Source of the DNA: an uncultured Gammaproteobacteria bacterium
Lineage (GTDB): Bacteria > Pseudomonadota > Gammaproteobacteria > JAURND01
Direction: 5' to 3'
DNA length: 64,000 nucleotides
Assembly: GCA_963714975.1 (NCBI GenBank)
Contig: CAVQQD010000003.1
Span: 782,624-846,623 of the forward strand
Numbering within the stretch: position 1 is the first letter of the stretch; the number at the start of each line of letters is the position of its first letter. Below the pieces are notes generated by a model, which saw nothing but the letters and a program-made list of their open reading frames with translations, was not told the origin of the DNA and did not search any database. Positions 29,437-39,214 of this stretch are shown piece after piece. The translations under genes and the position numbers were made by a program.

Positions 29437-31530
29437 ATGCATCAAAAAGATCGACAATTAGCGATTTCTTCGATTTTCGAATATAGCCGTCAGCCTATGA
29501 TTATTTTAGCCTCAGATGGAAAAATAATTGATGCAAATAAGGCTGTTATCGATATGTATGAATTGCGAAACAACACTTTGCAGGGTGCAGATTATTTTGC
29601 TCTTTTAGAAAAATTGGAATTAACTCCTCCAGTAACAGATGAACAGCTAAAAATGCTGCTTCCTGGTAATCCTGCTATAAAGCAAATTGCAAAAATTGGT
29701 GTAAGTAATAAGAATTACGTAATCGAATGGTCTATTCATTCCCTGATTCTAGATTTGGAAAAAATTTATGTCATTTTAGGTACTGATATTACTGCCGAGG
29801 AAGAAGTAAAAGTACTTGAAGAAAGAGGTAGAGAACAAATAAAAATAATGGCTAAATTGAATCAAGAAGTCCTCGGTGTTTCTGCAAAAGAACACGGAGT
29901 GTTGGAGAAATACGCTCATTCCATTCGTCACCATTTAGAAAGCATTATTGCCTGTATGCCAGGAAATATATATTGGATGGATAAAGATTGTAATTATTTG
30001 GGTTGCAATAATAATGTTGCAAGGATTTTGCACCTGAATAATCCTACAGAAATTATTGGGTTAAGTTATGACGATATGGCTAGGCTTAAAGGAGTAGACC
30101 CGGAGGAGTATAAAAAATTCAAAGAAGATGATTTGGAAGTAATACGAACAGGCGAGCCAAAACTAAATACTGAGGAACCCCCCCTTACAGATGAAAATGG
30201 AAATGTAGTATATTTTTTAACTAGTCGTGTTCCATTAACCGATGAACAAAAGGAAGTAACAGGTGTAGTGGGTGTTTCTATTGATATTACGGAACGCAAA
30301 ATCCTAGAACAAAAACTTTCCAAAGCCTTGGAGGCCGCCGAAGCTTCCGATCGTGCTAAAACGGATTTTATCCAAAACATGAGTCACGATGTCAAAACGC
30401 CGCTGGCGGGTATTATTTCCATGGCGCACAGGATCGGCACGCAACTCGAGGAGCCCGATGCTCTCGAAGATAATTATGAAAATGTGCAGATGATTAAAAA
30501 TTCGGGTAGGCAATTGATAGAATTTTTTATGAATTGTTTAGAGATGGGGCGGATTGAAACGGGGGAGGTGGGACTTAGCAATGAAAATTTCAATCCCCAA
30601 ACCATAATGGATCAGCTTGTCGAGATGTTGACCCCTTCCATGAAACAAAAAGGCTTAGGATTTTATTCCACTTATGATCCCGCTATTCCTGAAATGGTGT
30701 ATGCCAGCGCGCCGGGATTTTATCGGATAATTTTAAATTTACTAGGCAATGCGATTAAATTTACTGAGGAAGGCTCGATAAGCATGGACATTCTCTTACA
30801 GAAAACTCGCGATGAAGACACTGGCAAAGACAAAGAGGAACTTTGTTTAAAAATCCGCGATACTGGCATGGGCATTCCCCAAGAAAAAATCGCTAGCATT
30901 TTCGACCGCTTTACGCGCTTAACGCCTTCCTATGAGGGTAAATTTGAGGGCCATGGGATTGGGCTGTATATTGTGCATAAATTTGTCACTTTGATGGGAG
31001 GAAAAATTGATGTGGACAGCGAAGTGGGTAAGGGCAGTTGCTTCACCATCACGTTTCCTTTTTTACCCGCCAAGGCATTCCTGAAACCGAGAGCAGTCAA
31101 GCCTAAGTTTACCAAGCTAGCTCCCCTTGGGGATGCTATCAGCGAGGATGAAGAAACTGGCCCGCGTATTTTGTTGGTCGAGGATAATCGGATGGCTCAA
31201 AAAGGCATGGAATCGATTCTCACGCACTTAGGTTATACGCTCGATATTGTGAATACAGGTAAAAAAGCCCTAGATATTTTTGAATTGGATAAATATGTGC
31301 TGATTATTACCGATATTGGATTAGATGATATGAGTGGGACGACAGTAGCAGCGCATATTCGTACTGCAGAAAAGGGTCGAAAAAATCCAGTGCCGATTGT
31401 GGCTCTGACGGCCCATAATGTTGAAAAAGTGCAAGCGGAATGTGCAGCAGTGGGCATTAATGGGGTATTGGAAAAGCCCCTGACTGAGGAAGCGGCTCAG
31501 GAGGTGTTGGATTGTTTTGTCCAGAAGTAA
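29437..31530 (+). CDS. Hybrid sensor histidine kinase (two PAS domains, HisKA, HATPase, C-terminal receiver)
   Basis: The ORF track opens this frame at 29365, overlapping the NRPS stop. The ATG at 29437 has an SD GGAGA 7 nt upstream, so it is the preferred start. The second PAS (IIACMPGNIYWMDKDCNYLGCNNNVARIL) is paralogous to the PAS of the 17254 HK. The H-box is HDVKTPLAGI. The receiver block is ILLVEDN...DIGLDDMSG...K. Confidence 0.85.
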   Translation: MHQKDRQLAISSIFEYSRQPMIILASDGKIIDANKAVIDMYELRNNTLQGADYFALLEKLELTPPVTDEQLKMLLPGNPAIKQIAKIGVSNKNYVIEWSIHSLILDLEKIYVILGTDITAEEEVKVLEERGREQIKIMAKLNQEVLGVSAKEHGVLEKYAHSIRHHLESIIACMPGNIYWMDKDCNYLGCNNNVARILHLNNPTEIIGLSYDDMARLKGVDPEEYKKFKEDDLEVIRTGEPKLNTEEPPLTDENGNVVYFLTSRVPLTDEQKEVTGVVGVSIDITERKILEQKLSKALEAAEASDRAKTDFIQNMSHDVKTPLAGIISMAHRIGTQLEEPDALEDNYENVQMIKNSGRQLIEFFMNCLEMGRIETGEVGLSNENFNPQTIMDQLVEMLTPSMKQKGLGFYSTYDPAIPEMVYASAPGFYRIILNLLGNAIKFTEEGSISMDILLQKTRDEDTGKDKEELCLKIRDTGMGIPQEKIASIFDRFTRLTPSYEGKFEGHGIGLYIVHKFVTLMGGKIDVDSEVGKGSCFTITFPFLPAKAFLKPRAVKPKFTKLAPLGDAISEDEETGPRILLVEDNRMAQKGMESILTHLGYTLDIVNTGKKALDIFELDKYVLIITDIGLDDMSGTTVAAHIRTAEKGRKNPVPIVALTAHNVEKVQAECAAVGINGVLEKPLTEEAAQEVLDCFVQK

Positions 31531-31543
31531 CCGCTTTCTCTCT

Positions 31544-31583
31544 AAATCCCCCCTTACCCCCCTTTTTCAAAGGGGGGGATTTA
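31544..31583. repeat. Family-2 palindromic element (AAATCCCCCC...GGGGGGGATTT) 14 nt downstream of the HK stop
   Basis: AAATCCCCCCTTACCCCCCTTTTTCAAAGGGGGGGATTT. The same architecture recurs at 57189-57268 and 60648-60795. Confidence 0.55.
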
Positions 31584-31861
31584 CGCTTGGGCGGTGGCGA
31601 GAAGATTTTAGTGTGGAGGTCACCATGGATGTCTTACGATACAATGAATTAAATATTTCCGCGGTAAAAAAGCAGTACGATACTGTCGTGGCTTTACTCC
31701 AACAAAATAATTTTGCAGCGAGTGGGGTCAAGCAATTCGTAGGAACACCGTTTTACTTAGTGCCTTTGGATTCAACCCAGGGCTTGTTGTTTCGAGTAGT
31801 TTCCCATTTTCCTTGCTGCTCAGGGTAGAGTAGGGGTGCATGGTCTTCCTGACCTTTTCTT

Positions 31862-32938
31862 TTAATCAGCCAAATTGCTTATCCATCCCCTTTGAGTCAA
31901 GATCTTAGCTGCTAAGGTGATCTGGCGCTCGGTAAATTGTTTTTTGCGTTTATTCCAGGCATAGGTTTGTTTCACTACATCGTCCAAGGTATGTGCAGAT
32001 TCTTGTTGCACTATCCAATGTACCGTAGATAATAACTCTAATCCAAATGATGATTCGAATCCTTCAACCAATTTTACAACCTGATCAAAACGTGTCCGAG
32101 TTTCGGCATGATTTTCAAGAAAAGCGCTAGCTGCTTCAACTGCACCCTGCCGCAACCTGAGCTGCTTGTTTGGATTATCACCACCGTCGACGTATCCTGA
32201 GATCAAATGTCCTTCAATGTCATTTAGTACATGACGCAAATTTTCAGCGTAAGGGCCATAGAGTCCTTTTACATAACGAAGTCGCAGTGGTTCACCAGCT
32301 ACCTGCATAAAATACATTAATTTTTGAACCTCTAGCAGCGTAACAAAAGGATCAAGTAAAGCGTTTAGATAGCGATGCATCAGTTGAACCAAAGTAGCTC
32401 GTCCCGCTGTCATTTTAGGAGCTTTTCGACTATAGGTTGTTTTTTCTCTGACAAACTCTGGTTCATAGATGATAATTTGGACATTTTTTAAGGGTTTTAA
32501 TGCCGCTATGATGAGTGGCTTAATTTGTGCCCATTTTAGTCCACCCAATCCGCTACCAAGGGGAGGGATTGCAATCGAGTGAATATTGTATTTACTGATG
32601 ACTGTGGCTAACGACTTAAGACCAGCTTCAATGTCTTCAATTCGGCTCTTATCTTTCCAATGTCGCTTAGTGGGGAAGTTGATGATATAGCGGGGAGTTC
32701 CTGGGTAAGTGGTTTCATACACAAACATGTGGCCTGGCTGCACTTCTGCGTGCTTACAGGCAGTGACATAAGCTTTGAAATTATCTGGAAATGTATTTTT
32801 GAATTGCAAAGCAATGCCACGACCCATGATGCCGACACAATTCACTGTGTTCACAATGGCTTCTGCATTTTCTTGCAAAATATCGCCTGTTTTGTACTCA
32901 ATCACTCTCATCCACCTCGTTAATATTAGTAGTACCAC
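31862..32938 (-). CDS. darG: DarG-like antitoxin: N-terminal macro domain (ADP-ribose hydrolase) plus C-terminal DarT-interaction domain
   Basis: The macrodomain motifs AIVNTVNCVGIMGRGIALQF and AIPPLGSGLGG are present. At 358 aa it matches DarG size, and it lies immediately downstream of and overlapping the darT-like ORF. Confidence 0.65.
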   Translation of the reverse strand: MVLLILTRWMRVIEYKTGDILQENAEAIVNTVNCVGIMGRGIALQFKNTFPDNFKAYVTACKHAEVQPGHMFVYETTYPGTPRYIINFPTKRHWKDKSRIEDIEAGLKSLATVISKYNIHSIAIPPLGSGLGGLKWAQIKPLIIAALKPLKNVQIIIYEPEFVREKTTYSRKAPKMTAGRATLVQLMHRYLNALLDPFVTLLEVQKLMYFMQVAGEPLRLRYVKGLYGPYAENLRHVLNDIEGHLISGYVDGGDNPNKQLRLRQGAVEAASAFLENHAETRTRFDQVVKLVEGFESSFGLELLSTVHWIVQQESAHTLDDVVKQTYAWNKRKKQFTERQITLAAKILTQRGWISNLAD

Positions 32939-33597
32939 TCAGGTATTATTTCAATGGATTGTGGATACTTAGTGGTAGCCTTGCTCAACTCCAGCGCCAC
33001 TTGTTGATATGTCGCACTTGATTTTACACCAATGCGATCGACCAGACACCATGGAAAAGAATGTTCCAGCAAAAATTCTGCTTGCTTACCTTCTTTTAAT
33101 ATTGGATTGCTATCACCACCCCACTGCTTAGCCAAAACAGCCTCCCAGTTAATTTCATTTAACCGAGTAAGGTCACAACGATCCTCAAAGTAATAAGAAC
33201 CTGCATTTGACAAAGTAAAGACCCAACGCTTCTTATTTGTTGCTGCCCAATTTATCGTACGAAGCAGGTCAGTTTCAAGGTGTATAATTGGTTCTTATCC
33301 GCCCTCGTAAATTAAATCCGGGTTCCCTTGGTGAATCACGTAAAGCATAATTGAGCGTGGACAGAAATAAAAAGGTACACATTGGCCTATATATAAGTCA
33401 GGATAACTCTTTAACTTAAGTTCCTTCAGACGACGCTGTTTGATTTTATTCATACCGATACTAGTGCCTAAAGATGAATATTTTGTAATCTGAGCGTCGC
33501 ACCAAAGATGATTGTCGGCGATGATAGAAGGCAAACGATCTACATGTAAAATATGATAAATTTTGGGATGTTCTGGAATAGCCATAGTTTCTCCCAT
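32926..33597 (-). pseudogene. darT: DarT-like (DUF4433) DNA ADP-ribosyltransferase toxin gene, disrupted; the two ORF-track pieces are 33295..33597 and 32926..33213
   Basis: The N-terminal piece (PEHPKIYHILHVDRLPSII...VPFYFCPRSIMLYVIHQGN) and the C-terminal piece (DLTRLNEINWEAV...KQAEFLLEHSFPWCLVDRIGV) both match conserved DarT blocks, including the catalytic-Glu AEFL motif. They sit in different frames, separated by ~80 nt. Confidence 0.6.
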
Positions 33598-33654
33598 GGG
33601 CTAGCGTTTAATAGCAATTTAGGCGCTCAATTTTCACGAATTGGTTAATTCTAC

Positions 33655-33905
33655 ATTGTTTCATTATTAGTTGGCTGCTCCTTCAGCTGTTTTATTCCCG
33701 CTGCCGTCAGCATAGCATTTGTCGCTTTTTCAACAGAAGCTCGCACAGGGTCTAGATCCAATCGTGCATAAATAGCCGTTGTTTGGGGCGACTTATGATT
33801 TAAGGATTTTCCAATGATAGTGAGAAGCGCCTGTACGAGCTTGCCAGCTTCCTAGGGTACGTCTTAGATCATGTATTCGTAGATCAGCAATACCAGCATC
33901 TTCAA
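33655..33905 (-). pseudogene. Tyrosine integrase C-terminal fragment (frameshifted remnant)
   Basis: Minus-strand translation gives ...IADLRIHDLRRTLGSWQARTGAS.. and, after a frameshift, ..IGKSLNHKSPQTTAIYARLDLDPVRASVEKA... These match the integrase box II and the C-terminal tyrosine region. There is no N-terminal part. Confidence 0.45.
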
Positions 33906-33949
33906 TTTTGCTAAGCAAGAAGGTGAGATTTCTGCCAATACAGCTGCCT

Positions 33950-34406
33950 ACTGCAAAGCAAGGTCACGCTTACCAGAAGAAGCTTTATCAGGATTAACAA
34001 GAGAGTCAGCAGAACAATTGGAAGGACGAACTCCATTAGAATGGTGATGGAGAGAACGGCATGTAAAATTAATTGATGGTTCATGTATATCAATGCCAGA
34101 TACTCCTGAAAATCAAGCCACCTATCCACAACCTGATACTCAAACTAAAGGAGTCGTTGGTTTGTGGAAATTAATTTGTTAGCCATCAAAAAAACCATGA
34201 AAATGGATGTTTTACGTGGGAAATCGCCTAAAATGGTACACAAGGAGGTTTGGGCGCATTTACTGGTTTATAACTTGGTTAGAAAAATAATGGCTCAAGC
34301 AGCAATCAAGCATAATAAAAATCCCCGCGAATTGAGCTTCAAATTAGCATTGCAAATTATTTTTGCATTTCGTCAGGCAAAAATTTTTTCTGAAAAAACG
34401 AAATAA
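33950..34406 (+). pseudogene. IS4-family transposase remnants (N-terminal and C-terminal fragments; the DDE core is deleted)
   Basis: Plus-strand translation of ~34030-34180 gives ...VKLIDGSCISMPDTPENQATYPQP.TQ.KGVVGL..., an IS4 N-terminal motif. The 80-aa ORF 34164..34406 ends ...EVWAHLLVYNLVRKIM..., an IS4 C-terminal motif. A stop lies between them. Confidence 0.5.
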
Positions 34407-34481
34407 TTTACAGTAAAATGCTTCAAGCAATTGCATATAAAAAAGTTGGAAATCGACCGGGGCGTAGTGAACCGCAAATGG

Positions 34482-34802
34482 TTAAGCGTCGGCCAAAATC
34501 TTTCCCTCGGCTGCAAAAACCAAGGAAATCCTACTATAAAAAAGTGAGCGCTTAAAATGACTATTTCTTAAGTTAGTGCCATTGGGTTTATTATCATCTA
34601 TCAAGCATTGTTTCCATTTATGCTTATTCAGCAAGGGTTGACAATAATCCACATGGGATCTAAATTCATCTTGAGAAATGATATCGAATCCATCTTCTCC
34701 GTTTCTGATCTGGCCTTTAGAGTCATGTGTACTAATCAAACAATCATCATAATCCAAACTAAGGGCTAAAATTTTTTTTGGCATACTATTGTATCTCTTC
34801 AT
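34482..34802 (-). CDS. Hypothetical small protein
   Basis: A 106-aa ORF in an AT-rich mobile-element-remnant region. No recognisable domain. Confidence 0.25.
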   Translation of the reverse strand: MKRYNSMPKKILALSLDYDDCLISTHDSKGQIRNGEDGFDIISQDEFRSHVDYCQPLLNKHKWKQCLIDDNKPNGTNLRNSHFKRSLFYSRISLVFAAEGKILADA

Positions 34803-35121
34803 CCTACGTTGTCATTTCATTGTTAAAAAATCATTTGAAGACCCCATGGACCCTATACAAGATTTTTTGTGCAAAATGAACAAAAATATGGCGAGAATAT
34901 TACACTATCCAGCAAATGTGTCAATTTAATGGGCGAAATATTGAAAGGGTGAGTAATGAAGTATCATTAGACGACATGAAAATCTTAGTGGAATGCGCGA
35001 CTTTTGCGCGATTCGGTGCTGCTCCACTCTGCTTTATTAGGCATTTGCAGTGGGGTGCCCGCCTAATACCTGCCAATAAGGTGTGCCTTCTACTGTTACA
35101 ATAATAATTTACCCCGTGGGT

Positions 35122-35148
35122 AAAAAGTTCCCCCTTAAGGGGGAACTT
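35122..35148 (-). terminator. Rho-independent terminator for the repeat-peptide gene
   Basis: Stem GTTCCCCC / GGGGGAAC (with an extra A-T pair) and a TTAA loop. On the minus strand the hairpin is followed by TTTTTA (plus-strand A-run at 35122-35126). It lies ~40 nt downstream of the stop at 35187. Confidence 0.5.
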
Positions 35149-35186
35149 TGCACACCACTTCTTCATTTTTTCCCTAAAAGACCCTA

Positions 35187-35447
35187 TTAAGGATAATAGG
35201 GATGATACGGATGTACGTACGGGTGGTAGTATGGATGATATGGGTAATAAGGATGATAGGGATGCACGTACGGATGGTAGTATGGATGATACGGATAATA
35301 GGGGTGATAGGGATGCACGTACGGATGATAGTACGGGTAATAAGAAACGGAAACACCAAGCTGGGCATAGCTCCCTAATGACGTAACCGCCAATAGACCA
35401 GCAGCCAAGGCCAAGGCAATCCGCTTTTTTAAAGAACCAAGTTTCAT
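35187..35447 (-). CDS. Secreted His/Tyr/Pro-rich tandem-repeat peptide
   Basis: Signal peptide MKLGSLKKRIALALAAGLLAVTSLGSYAQ, then YPYYHPYVHPYHPY repeated three times (42-nt DNA repeats), ending ..HPYYP. Followed by a terminator. Confidence 0.55.
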   Translation of the reverse strand: MKLGSLKKRIALALAAGLLAVTSLGSYAQLGVSVSYYPYYHPYVHPYHPYYPYHPYYHPYVHPYHPYYPYHPYYHPYVHPYHPYYP

Positions 35448-35681
35448 AGCAACCTCCTCTAAATCTTACTTGTGCCTTAAGTATAGTATTTTTTCGGGGG
35501 TTAATAGGGAATATTTGTATTTTTCTTGCACAATCTGTGCTTATTGGTAGGGAAGTTAGTCTATTCAGCCTACCGCTTCTGTAGTCTGGTTGAGATCTTT
35601 GAATAGTGTGCCAAATTCACAAATGAAAGCCAGATTAACAGCAGGCCCTAGTTAGTGTCAGTGGCAGGAAAGCAAAATTTT

Positions 35682-38600
35682 TTAGAAGGAGGCATAGGAA
35701 GTAGTGCTGCCTGTTGCCGTTGCGTTATCTCGTTTATTTTCTGCTACCGTTTTCAACACCCGATCAATAGTATTTGAGAGACGAGGGTGCAGGAAGTAAT
35801 TAGGTATTTTGGGATGCCGCAAGGCATTGCCCTCTGTTATTGCTTTGGGCAACCATGCGAAAAAATTTCTTGTTTCTTCAGCCGATACGTTATTGTCACG
35901 AAGTGTTTGCTCGAAATTTCCTGTTTTTTTGCTATTGGCTAACGCAGACAGAAAATGATTTGCTAACTGATACGTCAACGGCGCATTTTTCTCTAATAAT
36001 ATTCTTTCGCCTTTCATGCTGTGCCACAGCGTAAATATATCTGCTTCATTTATGGGTTGTTCTGAAGTGCAATGATCCATTAAATTTTTTAATGAGCCAT
36101 TGCGCTGCAATAACCATGCTAGTGAAAATGGGTCAGGTTCTGTTTGCGAGATATTAACCACTGTATTAATAAATTCATTGTATATTACATGCAGGTCGAG
36201 TAAATTTAGGTCCTGCAGTAAACTACGCCCATGGATTAAGTTATGCTGTAATGCGTCTAAGTGATCAAGTGATCCTTGCGAATAATAACGTTTTAATACC
36301 TGGGCAGTAAAATACATGCATCCTTGCTCAGCAAACATGCGCAGCGTGGGCGTGATTTTCTTAGTACTGATTGAAGTAATATCTTCTTCATGTTTTATTG
36401 CTGTAATAAAACGCCGGATTGCGGTTAAATTTTCACTAAATTGTGGAAATTTATCTTTGGAATCTTTTGGAAAAAATGTCGTCGAGCTGGTAGAGCTACT
36501 CCTTCTCCTGATACTAGAGGGAGTTGTTTTAGCATCCATGGGGATGGATGGTGAATAAATTCCTCGTAATTCAGATTCTATAGAAGCTCTTCTTTTCCTG
36601 TTACTATCAGGAGTGCTTCTAGATGCTATCGGGGGAGGGGTAACTGAATAAAGCTTTAAGGAATCGGATTCTGTAGACTTTCTTCTAGAAGTAGCTGTAG
36701 TTCTTCTTTGTTTTATTTCTTTTCCATCGGTGGACTGCAATGAAAAAGATTTGGTTCGCGGTCTTTCGGTGTGCGAACCTGTTAACTTTTTTTTCGAATT
36801 TTCATACTTCGGACTTAATGCTTTAAGTTTATCAGATATTGATTTTAACCGTGACTCCACGAAAGAGAAGTTTTTAAAGCTAATTTCATCTATGGCTTGT
36901 TGCTCATTAATCGCTTGTTTTTTTAATGCATCTGCATTTTCAAGAATTTCAGTTGTATCTCGTACAAATGTGCTATAATCATCGTAATAACGAGAAGTGC
37001 TATACTCGCTTGGCATAAATTCCATTCTACTATCTGAAATTTTTTTTGCTAGAGTAGCATACTCTTGCTCGGTATCTTCTATTATTTTTATTAAATCATT
37101 GATTTTTTCCTGCGGCACGGTTTTTTCCATAGTGTCGATTTTTTCTTTCTGTGAGTCATTCAATGTGGAAGAGGGTGGTGACAAAGGTGGTTGCACTGAA
37201 GTTTGATCTGTATCATCGGATGGAAGAGGTAGTTTCTGTGTTTTGGATTTTCGTTTTGGTGTCGGTTTTTGTTCACTGGTTCTTATCTCTTGCTGAGGTT
37301 TATGTTGTTTAAGGTTGGGCTTATTTTTAGATTTATTTAAAAAACAAAAGTATATAAAAGCGCCTATCCCTGCCACTACTGTCAATAGGGAAACGAAAAT
37401 AAAGGGGTTTTCATTTTTTGAAGTCTGGTGCTCGCTAGTTTCACTACTGTTAGGCTCAATCTGTGGATTTTCATAACACAGAAAGCTTGAATTTCTATGT
37501 GTTTCGATATAATTTTCTGTCAAAGGAGTTCTATAGAGATTCACAGATTGGTCGCGTTGTGTTTCAGCATAATTCTTTAGTAATTCAATCATAGGTAATG
37601 CAATCGTAGGAGGACGTCCAGAGAATTGAAGTGTACCAAGCGCTGTTTGGTCTTTCTTATTTTTTTTGTTAATAATATATGGGTTTTTTCTTATTATTTT
37701 TTTAACAAAATCAACGTTATGAAATAACACTGCCACATGCAAAATAGTATCTCCGTTGTTGTTTTTTACGTTAAGATCGATCCTGTCATCAGCTAATATT
37801 AATTTAGTGATAGCCATCCTATTAACAGTTTTTACAGCATAAAATAACGCAGTTTCGCCAACATTATCTTGCAAATTAATGTCCGTTCGAGTATTTCTTA
37901 GAATTGATTTTACTATGTTTTTTTGTCCTTTTAAGACAGCAACCATTAGTGCCGTCCGACTCTTTTCATTTTTTAGATTAGGGTTGGCACCTTTTCTCAG
38001 TATTTTTTTTATAATATCGTGGGAAGCAGAATATATAGCTATATGTAAAAGCGTATTTCCATCCCTATCTTTCTGATCTAGGTTAATTCTTTTATCATCT
38101 AACAACAAGTTAACAATATCTAAATCTAGATCTAGAGAGTTTAATTTCAAACTTACAAATATAGCAGAGTTATTTTGGTAGCCAAGGATATTAATGTCGG
38201 TATGAGGCTTATTCAGGAGCAGTTCTATTATGCCCCTATGTCTTTTTATAGTAGCATACATGAGCGCCGTAAAACCTGCGGTATCTTGTAGATTAGGATC
38301 CGCGCTTTTTTCCAATAATTTATCCACAATGTTTAAGTAACCATAATTTGCTGCCATCATTAATGCTGTCTCTCCTTTATTATTTTGTTTATTAATATCA
38401 GTGACTTGTTGTTCTAGTAGGTCAAAAGCGATTTTTGGTTTATGATCTTCAAGTGCCTGCATTAAGGGTGTATTTCCCTTGTTATCTTCTGTTTTCGTTG
38501 ATTGTTGTTTCGCATCTACTGTAGAAAAGAAGTAAGTATGTGTAGCAATAGCCAATGGTCTAATGCGCTCAGAGGGGTAAGTAGACAACTTGATGAGTTT

Positions 38601-39041
38601 GTTTTTTGTACGATAAATTAAGTGATCTAATGCGGCGTTAGTTTTACGCAGTAAGGTTGATTGCCTCACCCAGGTAATACCCAATAGGGGAAGAGAGATA
38701 GCTATATTTTTAGGGAAGGGAGACGTAGGGCCATTAATATAATGCTTGATCCCATGTAAGCAATTGATACATAACTCGGTATCCCAGTAATCCGGTGTAC
38801 GTGCAATATAATCTTGTAACGCCGTTATTAGATGTTTTACTGCGACATCATCGTTTTTTTCTATCTGGCCGTTACCTGCTATCGTATAATATTTGGAGAG
38901 TTTAGCAGCGACAAATTCAACTAAAGGTTGCACATCTTCGTCGGTTAAATCTTCATCTTCCTGAAAAATAAATTCTTGTAGGTTGAATTTATCTTGACTG
39001 CTTAGTATAAACTTAAAAGTTGCGGGTTCACTATCTTGCAT
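35682..39041 (-). CDS. Large ankyrin-repeat protein (about 9 ANK repeats) with one TM segment, a long Ser/Thr/Lys/Arg-rich region and a C-terminal domain of unknown function; effector-like
   Basis: ANK consensus blocks are present (GNTPLMQALE..., GETALMMAANYGYLNIVDKLLEKSADPNLQD..., GNTLLHIAIYSASHDIIKKILRKGANPNL...). The TM segment is FIFVSLLTVVAGIGAFIYFCF. The region is very AT-rich. Confidence 0.8.
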   Translation of the reverse strand: MQDSEPATFKFILSSQDKFNLQEFIFQEDEDLTDEDVQPLVEFVAAKLSKYYTIAGNGQIEKNDDVAVKHLITALQDYIARTPDYWDTELCINCLHGIKHYINGPTSPFPKNIAISLPLLGITWVRQSTLLRKTNAALDHLIYRTKNKLIKLSTYPSERIRPLAIATHTYFFSTVDAKQQSTKTEDNKGNTPLMQALEDHKPKIAFDLLEQQVTDINKQNNKGETALMMAANYGYLNIVDKLLEKSADPNLQDTAGFTALMYATIKRHRGIIELLLNKPHTDINILGYQNNSAIFVSLKLNSLDLDLDIVNLLLDDKRINLDQKDRDGNTLLHIAIYSASHDIIKKILRKGANPNLKNEKSRTALMVAVLKGQKNIVKSILRNTRTDINLQDNVGETALFYAVKTVNRMAITKLILADDRIDLNVKNNNGDTILHVAVLFHNVDFVKKIIRKNPYIINKKNKKDQTALGTLQFSGRPPTIALPMIELLKNYAETQRDQSVNLYRTPLTENYIETHRNSSFLCYENPQIEPNSSETSEHQTSKNENPFIFVSLLTVVAGIGAFIYFCFLNKSKNKPNLKQHKPQQEIRTSEQKPTPKRKSKTQKLPLPSDDTDQTSVQPPLSPPSSTLNDSQKEKIDTMEKTVPQEKINDLIKIIEDTEQEYATLAKKISDSRMEFMPSEYSTSRYYDDYSTFVRDTTEILENADALKKQAINEQQAIDEISFKNFSFVESRLKSISDKLKALSPKYENSKKKLTGSHTERPRTKSFSLQSTDGKEIKQRRTTATSRRKSTESDSLKLYSVTPPPIASRSTPDSNRKRRASIESELRGIYSPSIPMDAKTTPSSIRRRSSSTSSTTFFPKDSKDKFPQFSENLTAIRRFITAIKHEEDITSISTKKITPTLRMFAEQGCMYFTAQVLKRYYSQGSLDHLDALQHNLIHGRSLLQDLNLLDLHVIYNEFINTVVNISQTEPDPFSLAWLLQRNGSLKNLMDHCTSEQPINEADIFTLWHSMKGERILLEKNAPLTYQLANHFLSALANSKKTGNFEQTLRDNNVSAEETRNFFAWLPKAITEGNALRHPKIPNYFLHPRLSNTIDRVLKTVAENKRDNATATGSTTSYASF

Positions 39042-39214
39042 AATCCCTACCTCACAATGGCATCACCAAAAAATCTTGGTTTTACCCCAAAAAAAGGGGG
39101 GGGCATTTTTAATAAACTAATAACAATGAGACTATACTATCATAATGTAAAGCCTGGCAAGGTTTGGAATGATGATGTATTATACTTGTCCACCCATGTG
39201 GCGAGCAGCTAAAC

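Noticed and set aside
31544-31583. Family-2 element as an intrinsic terminator of the HK gene
   Set aside because: The G/C hairpin has a long, awkward loop and lacks a T-tract. Insertion near a gene end is the more likely explanation than a dedicated terminator.
31517-31828. 103-aa ORF downstream of the hybrid HK
   Set aside because: Its 5' third is translated from the family-2 palindromic element. A shorter version (Met at 31627, MDVLRYNELN...) could be real, but there is no domain or RBS support.
35174-35368. Alternate-frame 64-aa ORF across the His/Tyr/Pro repeat array
   Set aside because: The tandem 42-nt repeats keep more than one frame open. The frame with the signal peptide and downstream terminator is the plausible one.
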